This document shows positions 18,298 through 28,550 of a stretch of DNA of 64,000 bases, in pieces. The stretch is taken from the IMG/VR virus record IMGVR_UViG_3300017963_000025, positions 1-64,000 of that record. The stretch is one strand, 5' to 3'. Made by a program: the position numbers and the translations under genes. Origin of the DNA: a virus. The notes below the pieces were generated by a model. The model saw only the letters and a program-made list of their open reading frames with translations, did no database searches and was not told the origin of the DNA. Position 1 is the first letter of the stretch, and every line of letters begins with the position of its first letter.

Positions 18298-19679
18298 TGA
18301 AATTCAGCGAGGCCACAGTCAGTACCCATGTGTTCGTTCCGAAGCATGAGGTAGATCCGGATTTGTTGGATGATTACGTCATCGAATCCGCATTTGAGGA
18401 TAATCGGCACGTAATCCGGACCTATGCGGAAACCGGTCGGCATATCGGATTCCCACGGAATTGTTTGCCACCGGGTTTTCGGGCAGAAAAGGTCTATGAC
18501 TTGCGTGTCACCGGCCCGAAAACCTACGGCACATTCACTTCCGAACTAAGACCGGACCAGTCCGACATTGTAAGGCGCACATTGGCAATATTACGCACCG
18601 AGGGCGGTGTGGTGATTCATGCTGATCCTGCTTACGGAAAAACCGTGTGTATTTTGAATATTCTGACCGAATTAAAGCGGCGGGCCATAGTTTTGGTACA
18701 CAAGAGGGATTTGGTATGGCAATGGGTGGAAAGAATCATACAACACACCACCATACCCCGGTCCCAGGTTGCGGTTGCGATGGACGGTGAAGTTGGTGCG
18801 TTGGACGGAAAAAATATTCTTGTCGGGTTGGTACATACTATCGGAAAAAATTGTTGGGGAGAGACACTTACGCACTGGCCGGGGGTGGTGGTGTTCGACG
18901 AAGTTCATAGCAGTGTGCCTCCGCAAACGTTTGCGGACGTGGCGGCAATGTTTCCAGCCAAATACCGAATCGGGGCTACTGCCACTCCACGGAGACAAGA
19001 CCGGATGCACCGGGTGTTTGAGCACCATATTGCAAGTTCGCGTCATCATGTCCGGGCGGTGGCTCCAACCCAAAACAAATCCGTGATCGTAATACATCGC
19101 TATTATGACCGTCATAAAATGCCGATTGAAGCGAAAAGCGTTCATGCAATTCGCGCACAGCTTTTTTATATCTTGATGAGTGACCCCGTGCGGAACCAAC
19201 TGATTGTCAACTATGTGTCATCGTTTGTGTCCGGGGGTCGCCGGGTGATTGTCGTATCAGATCGCATCTATCATTTGGCGGTGTTGGCGGCGATGACCCG
19301 GAAGAAACATCCGGACAAACAAGTCGGATTTTATACGAATCAGGTTGCGGTGCTGGACGAATACTGGACAGAGATTCGACGTACCACAAACACCAAAGCC
19401 GATCTTGATCTTACGGCCAAATATGCGGATGTGATATTCGCCACTTACAAAATGTTGGGGGAGGGGACCGATTTGGAAAATGTATCCGGAATGATTTATG
19501 CGATGCCCCGGACGGAGGTGGAGCAGTCCAAGGGTCGTATCGAGGGGCCGCGATCCGGCGGAAAAAAGCCCGTGGTAGTGGATATTTGGGACATGGTGTA
19601 CCCAACGGCCACGGGTTATGCAAAAAAGCGGATGTCGCATTATCAGTCGGTGGGTGCGTCCGTACATTACAGGGGGTAG
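18297..19679 (+). CDS. Superfamily 2 DEAD/H helicase
   Basis: AYGKT, DEVH, TATP, EGTD, QSKGRI. Confidence 0.9.
   Translation: MKFSEATVSTHVFVPKHEVDPDLLDDYVIESAFEDNRHVIRTYAETGRHIGFPRNCLPPGFRAEKVYDLRVTGPKTYGTFTSELRPDQSDIVRRTLAILRTEGGVVIHADPAYGKTVCILNILTELKRRAIVLVHKRDLVWQWVERIIQHTTIPRSQVAVAMDGEVGALDGKNILVGLVHTIGKNCWGETLTHWPGVVVFDEVHSSVPPQTFADVAAMFPAKYRIGATATPRRQDRMHRVFEHHIASSRHHVRAVAPTQNKSVIVIHRYYDRHKMPIEAKSVHAIRAQLFYILMSDPVRNQLIVNYVSSFVSGGRRVIVVSDRIYHLAVLAAMTRKKHPDKQVGFYTNQVAVLDEYWTEIRRTTNTKADLDLTAKYADVIFATYKMLGEGTDLENVSGMIYAMPRTEVEQSKGRIEGPRSGGKKPVVVDIWDMVYPTATGYAKKRMSHYQSVGASVHYRG
18920..18937. repeat. 18-bp palindrome, copy 6 (inside helicase, just after DEVH)
   Basis: Exact match. Confidence 0.97.
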
Positions 19680-19681
19680 AC

Positions 19682-20125
19682 ATGGCATCGTCATCGGACT
19701 ATCAAAAAGAATATTACCGGAGAAACCGGGAAGAAATTTTAAAGCAGAGAAAGAAACGATACCAGGAGGATAAGGATTATCGGGAGGGGTTGAAGACAAA
19801 GGCATTACAGAAGCACCATGCCAACAAACCCCCGAAAAAAAACAGGCTGGTGGTGAATGCGGATGGGAAAACTTTTTACACCACCGGTTACTTGTCAAAG
19901 ATGACCGGAATTAATATGATGACGATTCATTATTACATCCGGCACGGGATTATCCCGAACGCAAAAATTGTCCGTTGCGGATGGAAAATTTACACTGAGG
20001 AACAGATCGAAATTATCCGAGACGCGTTTGCGCCGTATGGCACCAAACGGAAGTCCGGTGAGGATTTGGAGCAAATCAAATTGAAAATACAAAAAGGATT
20101 CAACGCATGCCAAAAAAGAAAATAA
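19682..20125 (+). CDS. MerR-type HTH DNA-binding protein
   Basis: YTTGYLSKMTGI...TIHYY...GIIP......GWKIYTEEQI. Confidence 0.7.
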   Translation: MASSSDYQKEYYRRNREEILKQRKKRYQEDKDYREGLKTKALQKHHANKPPKKNRLVVNADGKTFYTTGYLSKMTGINMMTIHYYIRHGIIPNAKIVRCGWKIYTEEQIEIIRDAFAPYGTKRKSGEDLEQIKLKIQKGFNACQKRK

Positions 20126-20439
20126 CCGAAAAAACAGGAACCATTGAAGTGGAGAGTACCGTATTTCATTACGGGCAGGAAGTGGTTGGGGATCGGCAGA
20201 ACAAAAAGATTGAGGTTCGTCCGTTTGAAACGGACACCGCCACCGTGTCCGTGAAGATGGGTATGACTATTCCCACCCAACCCTATGCGTCCGTTCGTAT
20301 TGATGTGATGCTGTCCACACCATGTTATGTCGAGGAGATGGAGGGGGTATACAATGATCTCCGGACAATGACACAAATGATTGTCACCGAGGAAAAACGG
20401 CGGATTGATGAGTGGATCGAAAAGAAAAAGGCACTGTGA
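20107..20439 (+). CDS. Hypothetical protein
   Basis: Coupled ORF. Confidence 0.55.
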   Translation: MPKKKITEKTGTIEVESTVFHYGQEVVGDRQNKKIEVRPFETDTATVSVKMGMTIPTQPYASVRIDVMLSTPCYVEEMEGVYNDLRTMTQMIVTEEKRRIDEWIEKKKAL

Positions 20440-20441
20440 TC

Positions 20442-20600
20442 ATGACCAAATATCTGATTATTGCAAATGTCGTAATTTTCATTTTCCTTATGCTGGCACT
20501 GATTTGGGGGGCCGGGTACGGGATTATCAAGATATGTTTTTCCATGAATCTGGTACTGGCGGCGGCCATCGTTTGCGTGGTGGTGATGCGGAGGGGATAA
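20442..20600 (+). CDS. Small two-TM membrane protein
   Basis: Two hydrophobic stretches. Confidence 0.45.
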   Translation: MTKYLIIANVVIFIFLMLALIWGAGYGIIKICFSMNLVLAAAIVCVVVMRRG

Positions 20601-20606
20601 CATATC

Positions 20607-21734
20607 ATGCCTAATCTTGACGCCATCATCAAGGGCCACAACCGGTCTTACGGGGACGGGACCATTCGGAGCGGTCGCCAATTGCCCCGCGATCCCAAAC
20701 GGATACCCACCGGTGTGTTTGTCGCGGATTATATTTCCGGGGGCGGATTGCCGTTATGGGGGACAACCTGTTTTTGGGGAGGTGAGTCCGGGGGTAAAAC
20801 CACGTTGGCGCTCAATACGGTAAAATCCGCACAGTTGCTTTGTTGGAGATGCTTTGAATACCATTGGTTTTGCAAATGCGAAGATGGCCCACTCCGGAAG
20901 AAAGTGTATTTCGGGGAGGTGGAGAACACGACGGATACCGAGTGGGCGGAAGCGGTCGGAGTGGACCCGGACCAATGGGTGATTGGACAGGGAGAAACCG
21001 GCGAGGAGCACATGAATATTGCCAAAGCGGTGATCCAGGCCGACGATGTGGGACTGATTATCATCGATTCGGTGGCCGCACTTACGCCGGGGGCTGAAAT
21101 GGACACGGATTTTGAGGATTTGGGAAAACTGATGGCGAAACAAGCCATATTAATGACCAAAGCCACACGGATTTTGAAACAACAAATGATTCGTGAGATG
21201 CGAAGAGGCCACCCGGTGGCATTGTTATGCACCAACCAGTTACGAACAAAAATAGGGCAGTTATACGGCAGCCCGGAAACGATGTCAGGCGGGCATGGGA
21301 TGCGTCACGAATTCTCCTTATTGCTGCGGTGTGGAAAGATTAGTTTGAAAGATGGCACACCGGACAAACTTTATAAGAATAAAAAGGACAAATGGGGGAA
21401 TGAGCTTGCATCCCGACACAACCTGTCCGTAAAAAAATCCAAGGTGCTGACCCTGGGCGGTCAGGCCGAATATCTCCGGGTGAAACAGGAAATTCCGGAA
21501 CGTCGTATCCGGCGCGGGGGCATCGACGATGTTGACCTGATTATGAAAGAGGCGAGAGCGGCGGGAATCATTACGGATGAAAAATCAAAGGGGTGGAAAT
21601 TTTGCGGGGAGCACATCAAAACGTTGGACGTTATATACGAGTTGTTGGCATCGAACGATCAATACCGACTGAAAACCCAGTGCGATATCATTAAGTTCAG
21701 AAAAGACGAATTGAAAGCCGGGGTGACCGATTGA
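20607..21734 (+). CDS. recA: RecA/UvsX-like recombinase
   Basis: RIPTG..D...GGGLP, GGESGGKT, IIDSVAAL, NQLR.KIG..YGSPET.SGG. Confidence 0.92.
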   Translation: MPNLDAIIKGHNRSYGDGTIRSGRQLPRDPKRIPTGVFVADYISGGGLPLWGTTCFWGGESGGKTTLALNTVKSAQLLCWRCFEYHWFCKCEDGPLRKKVYFGEVENTTDTEWAEAVGVDPDQWVIGQGETGEEHMNIAKAVIQADDVGLIIIDSVAALTPGAEMDTDFEDLGKLMAKQAILMTKATRILKQQMIREMRRGHPVALLCTNQLRTKIGQLYGSPETMSGGHGMRHEFSLLLRCGKISLKDGTPDKLYKNKKDKWGNELASRHNLSVKKSKVLTLGGQAEYLRVKQEIPERRIRRGGIDDVDLIMKEARAAGIITDEKSKGWKFCGEHIKTLDVIYELLASNDQYRLKTQCDIIKFRKDELKAGVTD

Positions 21735-22204
21735 GATTATTTTGCAAAGAATGCGGGGGCGTGTTATACGGCTATCCACGACATTTTCATAAGGGCATGG
21801 ATACTCTGTGCTCCCTCCGGTGTATGTGGAAGTGGGGGAAAACAAAACGAGTGGTGCCGGATATTCGTGTGCATCATTCCCAGGAATTTGCCGAATTCCG
21901 TAGCCGATTTGAGATTATGTTTGCGGAATGGCTGACCGTCAACGGATTCCCTGTGATTTACGAACAGTATTTATTCAGGCTTGGGGATCACGGATCATAT
22001 ACCCCGGATTTTTTTATCCCGGACGCGGGATTTGTGGAAGTCAAAGGCGTGTGGCATCCTGGGCAGCGTAAGAAAATGGACCGATTTATGGCGGAATATC
22101 CGGAAATTCCCATTGTATTGTTGCCGTGGCCGGTGAACATCCAACTATGTCCGCAAACGTTTGCGGACGACGGAGACGTGTCCGATGTACGCAGAATTTT
22201 ATGA
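21731..22204 (+). CDS. PD-(D/E)xK endonuclease (T7 endonuclease I-like)
   Basis: FRSRFE, YE, YTPDF, VEVKG. Confidence 0.75.
   Translation: MRLFCKECGGVLYGYPRHFHKGMDTLCSLRCMWKWGKTKRVVPDIRVHHSQEFAEFRSRFEIMFAEWLTVNGFPVIYEQYLFRLGDHGSYTPDFFIPDAGFVEVKGVWHPGQRKKMDRFMAEYPEIPIVLLPWPVNIQLCPQTFADDGDVSDVRRIL
22150..22167. repeat. 18-bp palindrome, copy 7
   Basis: Exact match in the 3' end of the endonuclease gene. Confidence 0.97.
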
Positions 22205-23156
22205 TATGCTTGCTGACTGGCGATTGGGCCGTATCCCCGTTACGGAAGAGAGCAACACGATTGTTCCAAAAAATCCGACAAGTCCGGATGCTCTTGCGGC
22301 GGATCGGACACGCCTGTTGGGTCTGGGACCGGACAATGATCAGGAATACGTCGGATTTCCACGGGCAAGCAGTATCCACGATACCTGTATTCGCCATCAT
22401 GTGATCGGATATAGGCACCGTATCCTCCGTTCGAATCGAAGTATCGGGTCAAATCTGAAACTGACATTTTTACAGGGGAGCGCCATCCACAAACTGGCGC
22501 AAAATACGAATGCGTTTTTCGGAGAGGATGAAAAAATCGGTAAGTGGAAATGTTTGGCGTGTGGGAAGACGCACCCGTTTGGGACGCACCCAGGCCAGTG
22601 TGATTATTGCGAAGCCGAAAAACCCGCAGTGACATACAAAGAGAATTACACCAAAATTGACCGACCCGGAAAATTTCAGGCCACCACCCACCAGGATATG
22701 TTTATTCGGGATACGGACGGGGCCATACGGGTGGTGGAATTTAAAACGATGGCCACGTCCACATTTCGGGATTTGGTGTCTCCGCTGGCGGCACATGAAT
22801 GGCAGGTCATATTGACATCGACCATGGCGGCGGCGGACCTTGAATTGAGGAAGATTGAGCCGGTTTCCTGTGACTACGCCTATATCCTGTACATTTCCAA
22901 GGGGCATCTGAAAGGCACGTTTCCATTGAAAATGTTTCGGGTGGACCGAACGGAAAAATTGTGGAGCAGGATTCGGGAAAAAGTCAGGCTGTTTGCTACC
23001 CATACGGCGGAAAAGACCCTGCCGGAACCACATCCGGAGTGTGTGTCATCCGGTTTTGACGCATGGCGGACCCGGATGTGTCCGTGCAAAAAAATGTGCC
23101 AAACATACAGAAATTACAATGATGGTGAAATTCCTGAGTGGGAGGGCGATACATGA
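22185..23156 (+). CDS. Cas4-like PD-(D/E)xK exonuclease
   Basis: RASSI..C.R, G.AIH, D, VEFKT, Q, C-terminal Cys cluster. Confidence 0.7.
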   Translation: MYAEFYDMLADWRLGRIPVTEESNTIVPKNPTSPDALAADRTRLLGLGPDNDQEYVGFPRASSIHDTCIRHHVIGYRHRILRSNRSIGSNLKLTFLQGSAIHKLAQNTNAFFGEDEKIGKWKCLACGKTHPFGTHPGQCDYCEAEKPAVTYKENYTKIDRPGKFQATTHQDMFIRDTDGAIRVVEFKTMATSTFRDLVSPLAAHEWQVILTSTMAAADLELRKIEPVSCDYAYILYISKGHLKGTFPLKMFRVDRTEKLWSRIREKVRLFATHTAEKTLPEPHPECVSSGFDAWRTRMCPCKKMCQTYRNYNDGEIPEWEGDT

Positions 23157-23638
23157 TCTTGATTGGAGTTGATCCCGGTCTTGACGGGGCTATGGCTGTT
23201 TTGGCAGATGGAAAAGTTGTTTTTTTTGACACTCCCACCATCAACACAAAAAGCGGGAAAAGAAATAAGCGTGAATATAACATTGCTGAGATGGCACAGC
23301 GTCTTCGGAAACTGGACGATCCGGATATTAAAGTTTTAATCGCAATAGAAAAAATTCATGCAATGCCAAAGCAGGGAGTTTCATCCATGTTTAGCATGGG
23401 GTTCGGGTTTGGTATTTGGCAAGGAATACTTGCCGCGTATCAAATTCCCTATACGCTGGTTCCGCCGAAAATATGGAAAAATAAAATTGTCGGTGTGGGG
23501 AAAGACAAGGAAGCATCTCGGCTAAAAGCAATTCAGTTGTTTCCGAAATGTGCCGAACAATTAAAGCGAAAAAAAGACCATAATCGGGCCGAAGCCCTTT
23601 TAATTGCGGAATACACGCGACAAACACATCAATTATGA
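23153..23638 (+). CDS. RuvC-like Holliday junction resolvase
   Basis: IGVDPG..GA, IEK, QGVSSMFS.G...G, P..WK, RAEALLIA. Confidence 0.88.
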   Translation: MILIGVDPGLDGAMAVLADGKVVFFDTPTINTKSGKRNKREYNIAEMAQRLRKLDDPDIKVLIAIEKIHAMPKQGVSSMFSMGFGFGIWQGILAAYQIPYTLVPPKIWKNKIVGVGKDKEASRLKAIQLFPKCAEQLKRKKDHNRAEALLIAEYTRQTHQL

Positions 23639-23639
23639 A

Positions 23640-23657
23640 TCCGCAAACGTTTTCGGA
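23640..23657. repeat. 18-bp palindrome, copy 8 (1 mismatch)
   Basis: TCCGCAAACGTTTTCGGA after TGA, 7 nt upstream of a TTGACA. Confidence 0.9.
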
Positions 23658-23664
23658 TTTTCCA

Positions 23665-23693
23665 TTGACAATTTCCCAAATAGGATGTATTAT
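23665..23693 (+). promoter_or_regulatory. Sigma70-type promoter
   Basis: TTGACA-17 nt-TATTAT. Confidence 0.7.
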
Positions 23694-23736
23694 AACAAAT
23701 GTTTTTTTTCAATAATATATTTACGGGGGAATGGGA

Positions 23737-25368
23737 ATGAACCAAGTATCATTGGCACAATATTTGGCTGCGGGATATTCCGGTATTCATCTGAGAACGG
23801 ATGATATTCATGAAGCACGGTGCTTCATCATCAATTCGCTAAAATCGGTCGAACTGGCCGAAGGTGACCGAAAGGTCACAATGCTGGACCGAATGACGAT
23901 TTATGAGTGGGAACCCCGTTTTGGGGGTGGAAGACTTGCCGAAATACCAAATGATTATGCAGACGGGGTGTATGACGATGATGAATGGGAATCCGAGTCC
24001 AAAACAATTGACGATATGTTTATCGCTATGGAAGAGAAGGACCATGCCCTGTGTATCGTTAGGAATTCACGATCCTATTTGGAGGAAAGTCCGACCAATA
24101 CCGCAACCAATGCTACGACTATTGCGGCGGCAACGGACGCACTGATTATGGCCAAAGATCGGGGGAGCGCGTTTGTATTTCTGGGCAGCATATTCAAACC
24201 AGCCCAAGAGATAGATTACCTGATTACCGTGGTGGATTCGCCCTACCCCACCCGTCGTGATATCCGAGACAAAGCGCGGGCCATGGCGGAAAGCGCGGAA
24301 ATTGTCCCTGACAAAAGAGACAAACAGTACGCGACTTTTGAACGTAGCATTGCCGATGCCGCTATTGCCGGTTCCGGTATGAGTCACATGGCGGTTGAAA
24401 ACGCACTGTCATTGTCCATTGCATTGACGGGGGCATTTGATCATCGTATCATCATGAACGAAAAATCCGCCGAAATCCGGAAATCCGACGTATTAGAATA
24501 TTTTCCGGTGGATGAGGGATTGAAATATGTTGGTGGGATGGATTTGTTGAAAATGTATCTTTCGAAACGAAAAAACGCATTGGGAGAGGATGCGGAAAAA
24601 TTCGGTATCCTTCCCCCGAAAGGCATTTTGTTGGCGGGTATTCCCGGCACCGGAAAAAGTTTGGTGGCGAAGGCCGTATCATGTGAGTTTGGATGGCCAT
24701 GCCTTCGGTTGGATATGGGGAAAGTGTTCCGGTCCTATGTCGGGCAATCCGAAGCGGCTATCCGAAATGCGCTACAAGTGGCAGAGGCGGTGTCTCCGTG
24801 TGTGTTGTTTATTGACGAAATTGAGAAATCCGTTGCCGGGGCCGGATCGGATACGGATTCCGGTACGAGTTCACGGGTGGTTTCCACGTTGCTCACATGG
24901 AGACAGGAAACCACGAAACCCGTTTTTCTGGCGTGTACGGCAAACAAGGTGAGCGCAATCCCCCCGGAATTGATGCGGCATGGCAGGTTGGATGCTGTGT
25001 TTTTCACAGACACGCCAAACTATGCGGAGCGAGCGGAGATATTCAGAATTCATTTGGAAAAAAAACGGCGCGACCCTGACATGTTCGACATTGCGGAATT
25101 GGCGGAACAATCGGCAGAGTTTATCGGGTCGGAGATTGAGCAATGCATTATGGATGCGTTATATTCGGCGTTCGACCAGAAAACCGAAATAACCACGGAC
25201 CATATTCTCCGGGAAATCCTACAGACCAAACCCCTGTCTGTCAGGAATGCAGAGGAAGTCCGGTACATTCGGGAGTGGGGTATGTCGCGTGCAAGGCCCG
25301 TGAGTTCGAAATATGACGGGGATAGATCAAGGAAAAAGGGGCGTGTGCTCCGAACAATAAAAAATTAA
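23737..25368 (+). CDS. AAA+ ATPase, Ycf46-like
   Basis: VGGMDLLK, PKGILL.GIPGTGKSL.AKA, FIDEIEK, TAN....PPEL.R.GRLD, PLS. Confidence 0.9.
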   Translation: MNQVSLAQYLAAGYSGIHLRTDDIHEARCFIINSLKSVELAEGDRKVTMLDRMTIYEWEPRFGGGRLAEIPNDYADGVYDDDEWESESKTIDDMFIAMEEKDHALCIVRNSRSYLEESPTNTATNATTIAAATDALIMAKDRGSAFVFLGSIFKPAQEIDYLITVVDSPYPTRRDIRDKARAMAESAEIVPDKRDKQYATFERSIADAAIAGSGMSHMAVENALSLSIALTGAFDHRIIMNEKSAEIRKSDVLEYFPVDEGLKYVGGMDLLKMYLSKRKNALGEDAEKFGILPPKGILLAGIPGTGKSLVAKAVSCEFGWPCLRLDMGKVFRSYVGQSEAAIRNALQVAEAVSPCVLFIDEIEKSVAGAGSDTDSGTSSRVVSTLLTWRQETTKPVFLACTANKVSAIPPELMRHGRLDAVFFTDTPNYAERAEIFRIHLEKKRRDPDMFDIAELAEQSAEFIGSEIEQCIMDALYSAFDQKTEITTDHILREILQTKPLSVRNAEEVRYIREWGMSRARPVSSKYDGDRSRKKGRVLRTIKN

Positions 25369-25386
25369 CAAGAGAGGAATAATTCC

Positions 25387-26349
25387 ATGGCAAAAGCAAA
25401 ACTTGAAACAAAAACGAATGTGGGGCAGAGTACGATCAGCAAAACCGCGAGATCCCTGTACGATGCGATTATTAGTGCGGACAGTGTGATTGATGATTCG
25501 TTTGTGTCTTTGGCAGAAAATCTCCACAAGTTCAGTTCGATGGAATACTACCAACAATTCGGGTATTCCAGATTCACAGAGTTTGCGGAGAAAGAGGTAC
25601 GGATCGGTTCCCGGAAATCCGAATACATGGTGAAAATATGGAATTTCGTCAAGGATTGTGGTATTCCTACGAAAGAAGTAAAAAAACTCGGATGGTCAAA
25701 GATGAAAGAGGTGGCGCGGGTGGCATCCGTTGAAACCGCAAAGGCGTGGATGGAAAAAGCAAAAATGATGTCCACGCGGGATTTAATCGCGGAGGTGAAA
25801 AAACACAAAAATCCGTCAAAACCGGGAGATGAAAACGGAAGCACGACCGAGTTTAAATTCACTGTGGACACGGACGAATCCACCATTGTCACGGATGCCA
25901 CTAATTTGGCGAAGACACTCGGAGCGAAAACGGATGCGGATGCCATGCTGGTGATTTGTCAAGAGTGGATGGAGTTCAAGGGGGAAAGTCCGGTCATCAC
26001 GCCACTGGATACAATGCTTAAATACATGGCAGCTAATTACGGCGTGATCCTGACGGTTGCGGAACAACCTGAATCTGCGGAGGTGGCGGCGGAAAAAGAA
26101 TCAAAAGAATCGGCAAAGAGAAAAGAAACAAAAAAGAAAACAAAACCGGATGCAAAGCCGAAAAAATCCAGAAAAATCGTGAAGACCGTTCCACCGCCGG
26201 ATACAAGCTATAGCCCGGAAAGGGAACTGGACCGTATTATCGGAACCGAACCTCCTCCCCCGGAATTTGATTCGTTGGAATCAATTATGGCTGGTAGTGC
26301 GAAGGAAAAAGGAACGGATGATTTCGATTTGGACGCATTTCTGGGGTAA
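25387..26349 (+). CDS. Hypothetical protein (possible DNA-binding)
   Basis: GAGG RBS; GWSK motif, Lys-rich then acidic tail. Confidence 0.6.
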   Translation: MAKAKLETKTNVGQSTISKTARSLYDAIISADSVIDDSFVSLAENLHKFSSMEYYQQFGYSRFTEFAEKEVRIGSRKSEYMVKIWNFVKDCGIPTKEVKKLGWSKMKEVARVASVETAKAWMEKAKMMSTRDLIAEVKKHKNPSKPGDENGSTTEFKFTVDTDESTIVTDATNLAKTLGAKTDADAMLVICQEWMEFKGESPVITPLDTMLKYMAANYGVILTVAEQPESAEVAAEKESKESAKRKETKKKTKPDAKPKKSRKIVKTVPPPDTSYSPERELDRIIGTEPPPPEFDSLESIMAGSAKEKGTDDFDLDAFLG

Positions 26350-26352
26350 TTA

Positions 26353-27267
26353 ATGGATACGATTCCGTTTGAAAAAATGCCTGTTTGGTTGGTGAGGAAT
26401 GGTGTCCGCACCGGATTAAGATATGCAATTCGTCAATCGGATTGGACCTTGGCGCGGACCTGCCTCGAAAAAATATTGCCAGATGATGGTATGTCATGGC
26501 TACAATGGAATATTCCCATTGCCATTGCCCATGATGCTTGTCATCTCATTCCGTTGATTGCCAAAGTTGATCATGCGGACGCAGATACATTTAGAAAATT
26601 GGTGGCAACGATTACGTTGTCCCCAAAAAATCAGGATGCCTATTCCCTGTCCGTGAGCAGCCCGTTTGAAGAACAGATGCCAATTGAAACTGAGCAAACC
26701 CTGTATTGGATTAGCCGGGGCTATTTTGTACATGAAAGATTGCGAGAGTGGGCAGTTGGGAAAGGGTGTGCCGAGGATGTTCTTGACCCGATCAATCGTC
26801 GTGTGGCTATGGGCGGACGCGCTGAGGACACCAAGACGTTTGTGGCGTGTCATGTGATTCTGGCAAACCGGGAGGTTGAGTCTCCCCGACTTGGTAAACC
26901 AGTGGTTTACCAATTATCTGATGAGTTGCCCTTGGTTTGTTTTGGCCCTGAAGGTCAGGTCGGCCGAGATATTGAGCGTCGGTTCGAGAAAACGTGTCTG
27001 TATAAATACGATATGGATATGATTCATATAATTCGGCTATGGCGTGAATTCATGTATGAGAGGGTACCATTAACGAAACTGCATCCGGATAGCCGCTACT
27101 ATAGGAAACGGCTTGAAACGAACACAATATATCAGGATTATTCGGCCCATGATATGTGGGCGTTATGGAAAAAATCATTAAAACATGATATAACAGAGTG
27201 TATTCGATATGTAATTGAAGAGGAGATAAGACAATGGAATTTGTCGGTCCCGTCGCAAAGGCCCTAA
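26353..27267 (+). CDS. Hypothetical protein
   Basis: 304-aa coupled ORF. Confidence 0.6.
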   Translation: MDTIPFEKMPVWLVRNGVRTGLRYAIRQSDWTLARTCLEKILPDDGMSWLQWNIPIAIAHDACHLIPLIAKVDHADADTFRKLVATITLSPKNQDAYSLSVSSPFEEQMPIETEQTLYWISRGYFVHERLREWAVGKGCAEDVLDPINRRVAMGGRAEDTKTFVACHVILANREVESPRLGKPVVYQLSDELPLVCFGPEGQVGRDIERRFEKTCLYKYDMDMIHIIRLWREFMYERVPLTKLHPDSRYYRKRLETNTIYQDYSAHDMWALWKKSLKHDITECIRYVIEEEIRQWNLSVPSQRP

Positions 27268-28178
27268 AGAAGGACAACGGAAAAGTGTTCCCCGGTATTC
27301 GGTGGGAACACCAGGAGCAAGTCAAATTGCCAATCCGGTTGCTATACTATAATGGTTGGAACCCAAATGAAATGACTGAAAGCGAGTTTAACGCGCTATC
27401 CGGAAACGTGGACGAAGTGGCTATGCTTGACCCCGTGTTGGTCGTGCCGTGGACTACTACCGAACAACAGGTAGAAATCGAGGATCGTCTTTATACAGCG
27501 GATCATGGGCAGGTGGTGACAGACTGTGGAGAGGTGGTGTTCCGTGTCGTGGACGGGGAACACCGAACCGAACAGCAACGGATTGCGGATGCGGAGTATA
27601 TTCCCTGTATCATCGGACATCCGGAACGGTTGGACGAATTCATGCAGAAAAAACAGACCATGCGTATGAACATGATCCGGGGAAAACTGAACCGGAAAAA
27701 GTTCAATGCCCTGGTTGAGGATTTCATAAACAACTACGGGACGGACATGGATGCGTTGCCGGATGAACTTGGGTTTTCGGATTCAAAGGAATTCTATCGC
27801 ATGATTGACGTGGCGCGGGAATCCCTGCCGGAAGACCTTCAGAAAGAATTTGACCGGGTGAAGGACGGTATCACAAACATTGATGATCTGGGTGCGGTGA
27901 TCAATCGGTTGTTTTCCGAGTTTGGTGACACCGTACCTGCGAACTATATGATTTTGGATTTCGGAGGCAAGGACCATATCTGGGTCAAAATATCAGTGGG
28001 GAAGTTTGACACCATGCGCCGGGTGGCGGATGACATTCGAAAGCACGGGCATACGTTTGATTCCATGATCTGTCATATTTTGGAACATCTGAATATCGAA
28101 AAATATGTCGAGCGTTATGGGGGTCAGTTGGAATTGATCGAATCACATCCGCAAACGTTTGCGGACGAGGAGGATTGA
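27234..28178 (+). CDS. ParB/Srx N-terminal domain protein
   Basis: WNPNEM....F.AL...V.....LDPVLV, VVDGEHR, IPCII, MN.IRG. Confidence 0.8.
   Translation: MEFVGPVAKALKKDNGKVFPGIRWEHQEQVKLPIRLLYYNGWNPNEMTESEFNALSGNVDEVAMLDPVLVVPWTTTEQQVEIEDRLYTADHGQVVTDCGEVVFRVVDGEHRTEQQRIADAEYIPCIIGHPERLDEFMQKKQTMRMNMIRGKLNRKKFNALVEDFINNYGTDMDALPDELGFSDSKEFYRMIDVARESLPEDLQKEFDRVKDGITNIDDLGAVINRLFSEFGDTVPANYMILDFGGKDHIWVKISVGKFDTMRRVADDIRKHGHTFDSMICHILEHLNIEKYVERYGGQLELIESHPQTFADEED
28148..28165. repeat. 18-bp palindrome, copy 9 (3' end of ParB-like gene)
   Basis: Exact match. Confidence 0.97.
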
Positions 28179-28550
28179 CTATGGCGTGGGTCGTGAAATG
28201 GAAGAGCAAAAAAACAAATATGTCCGGTTCCGCAGGGACATTTCAAGAAAAAGCGGCGGCAAATGATCACGCAAAAAATTTGAATCGGGATCATAAAGAA
28301 TTCCACCATTGGGTGGAAAAAATTAAAAAATAACACAAGCGGAGGGGAAACGTGATTGATTTTGGAATAGGTGATAAAAAGAAAGTGTCAAGAATATGCT
28401 CCGGGTGCGGCTTGCCCATTGAGGAGAGCAAACAGATTAAGGGGTTGCCGAGAAACAAGTGTTTTGTGTGCCAATCATTCGAATCATACAGCGGACACGA
28501 AAAACCACCGTTTTCGTTCAAAATCCCCCGTTTTTGGAAGAGCGAAAAAG

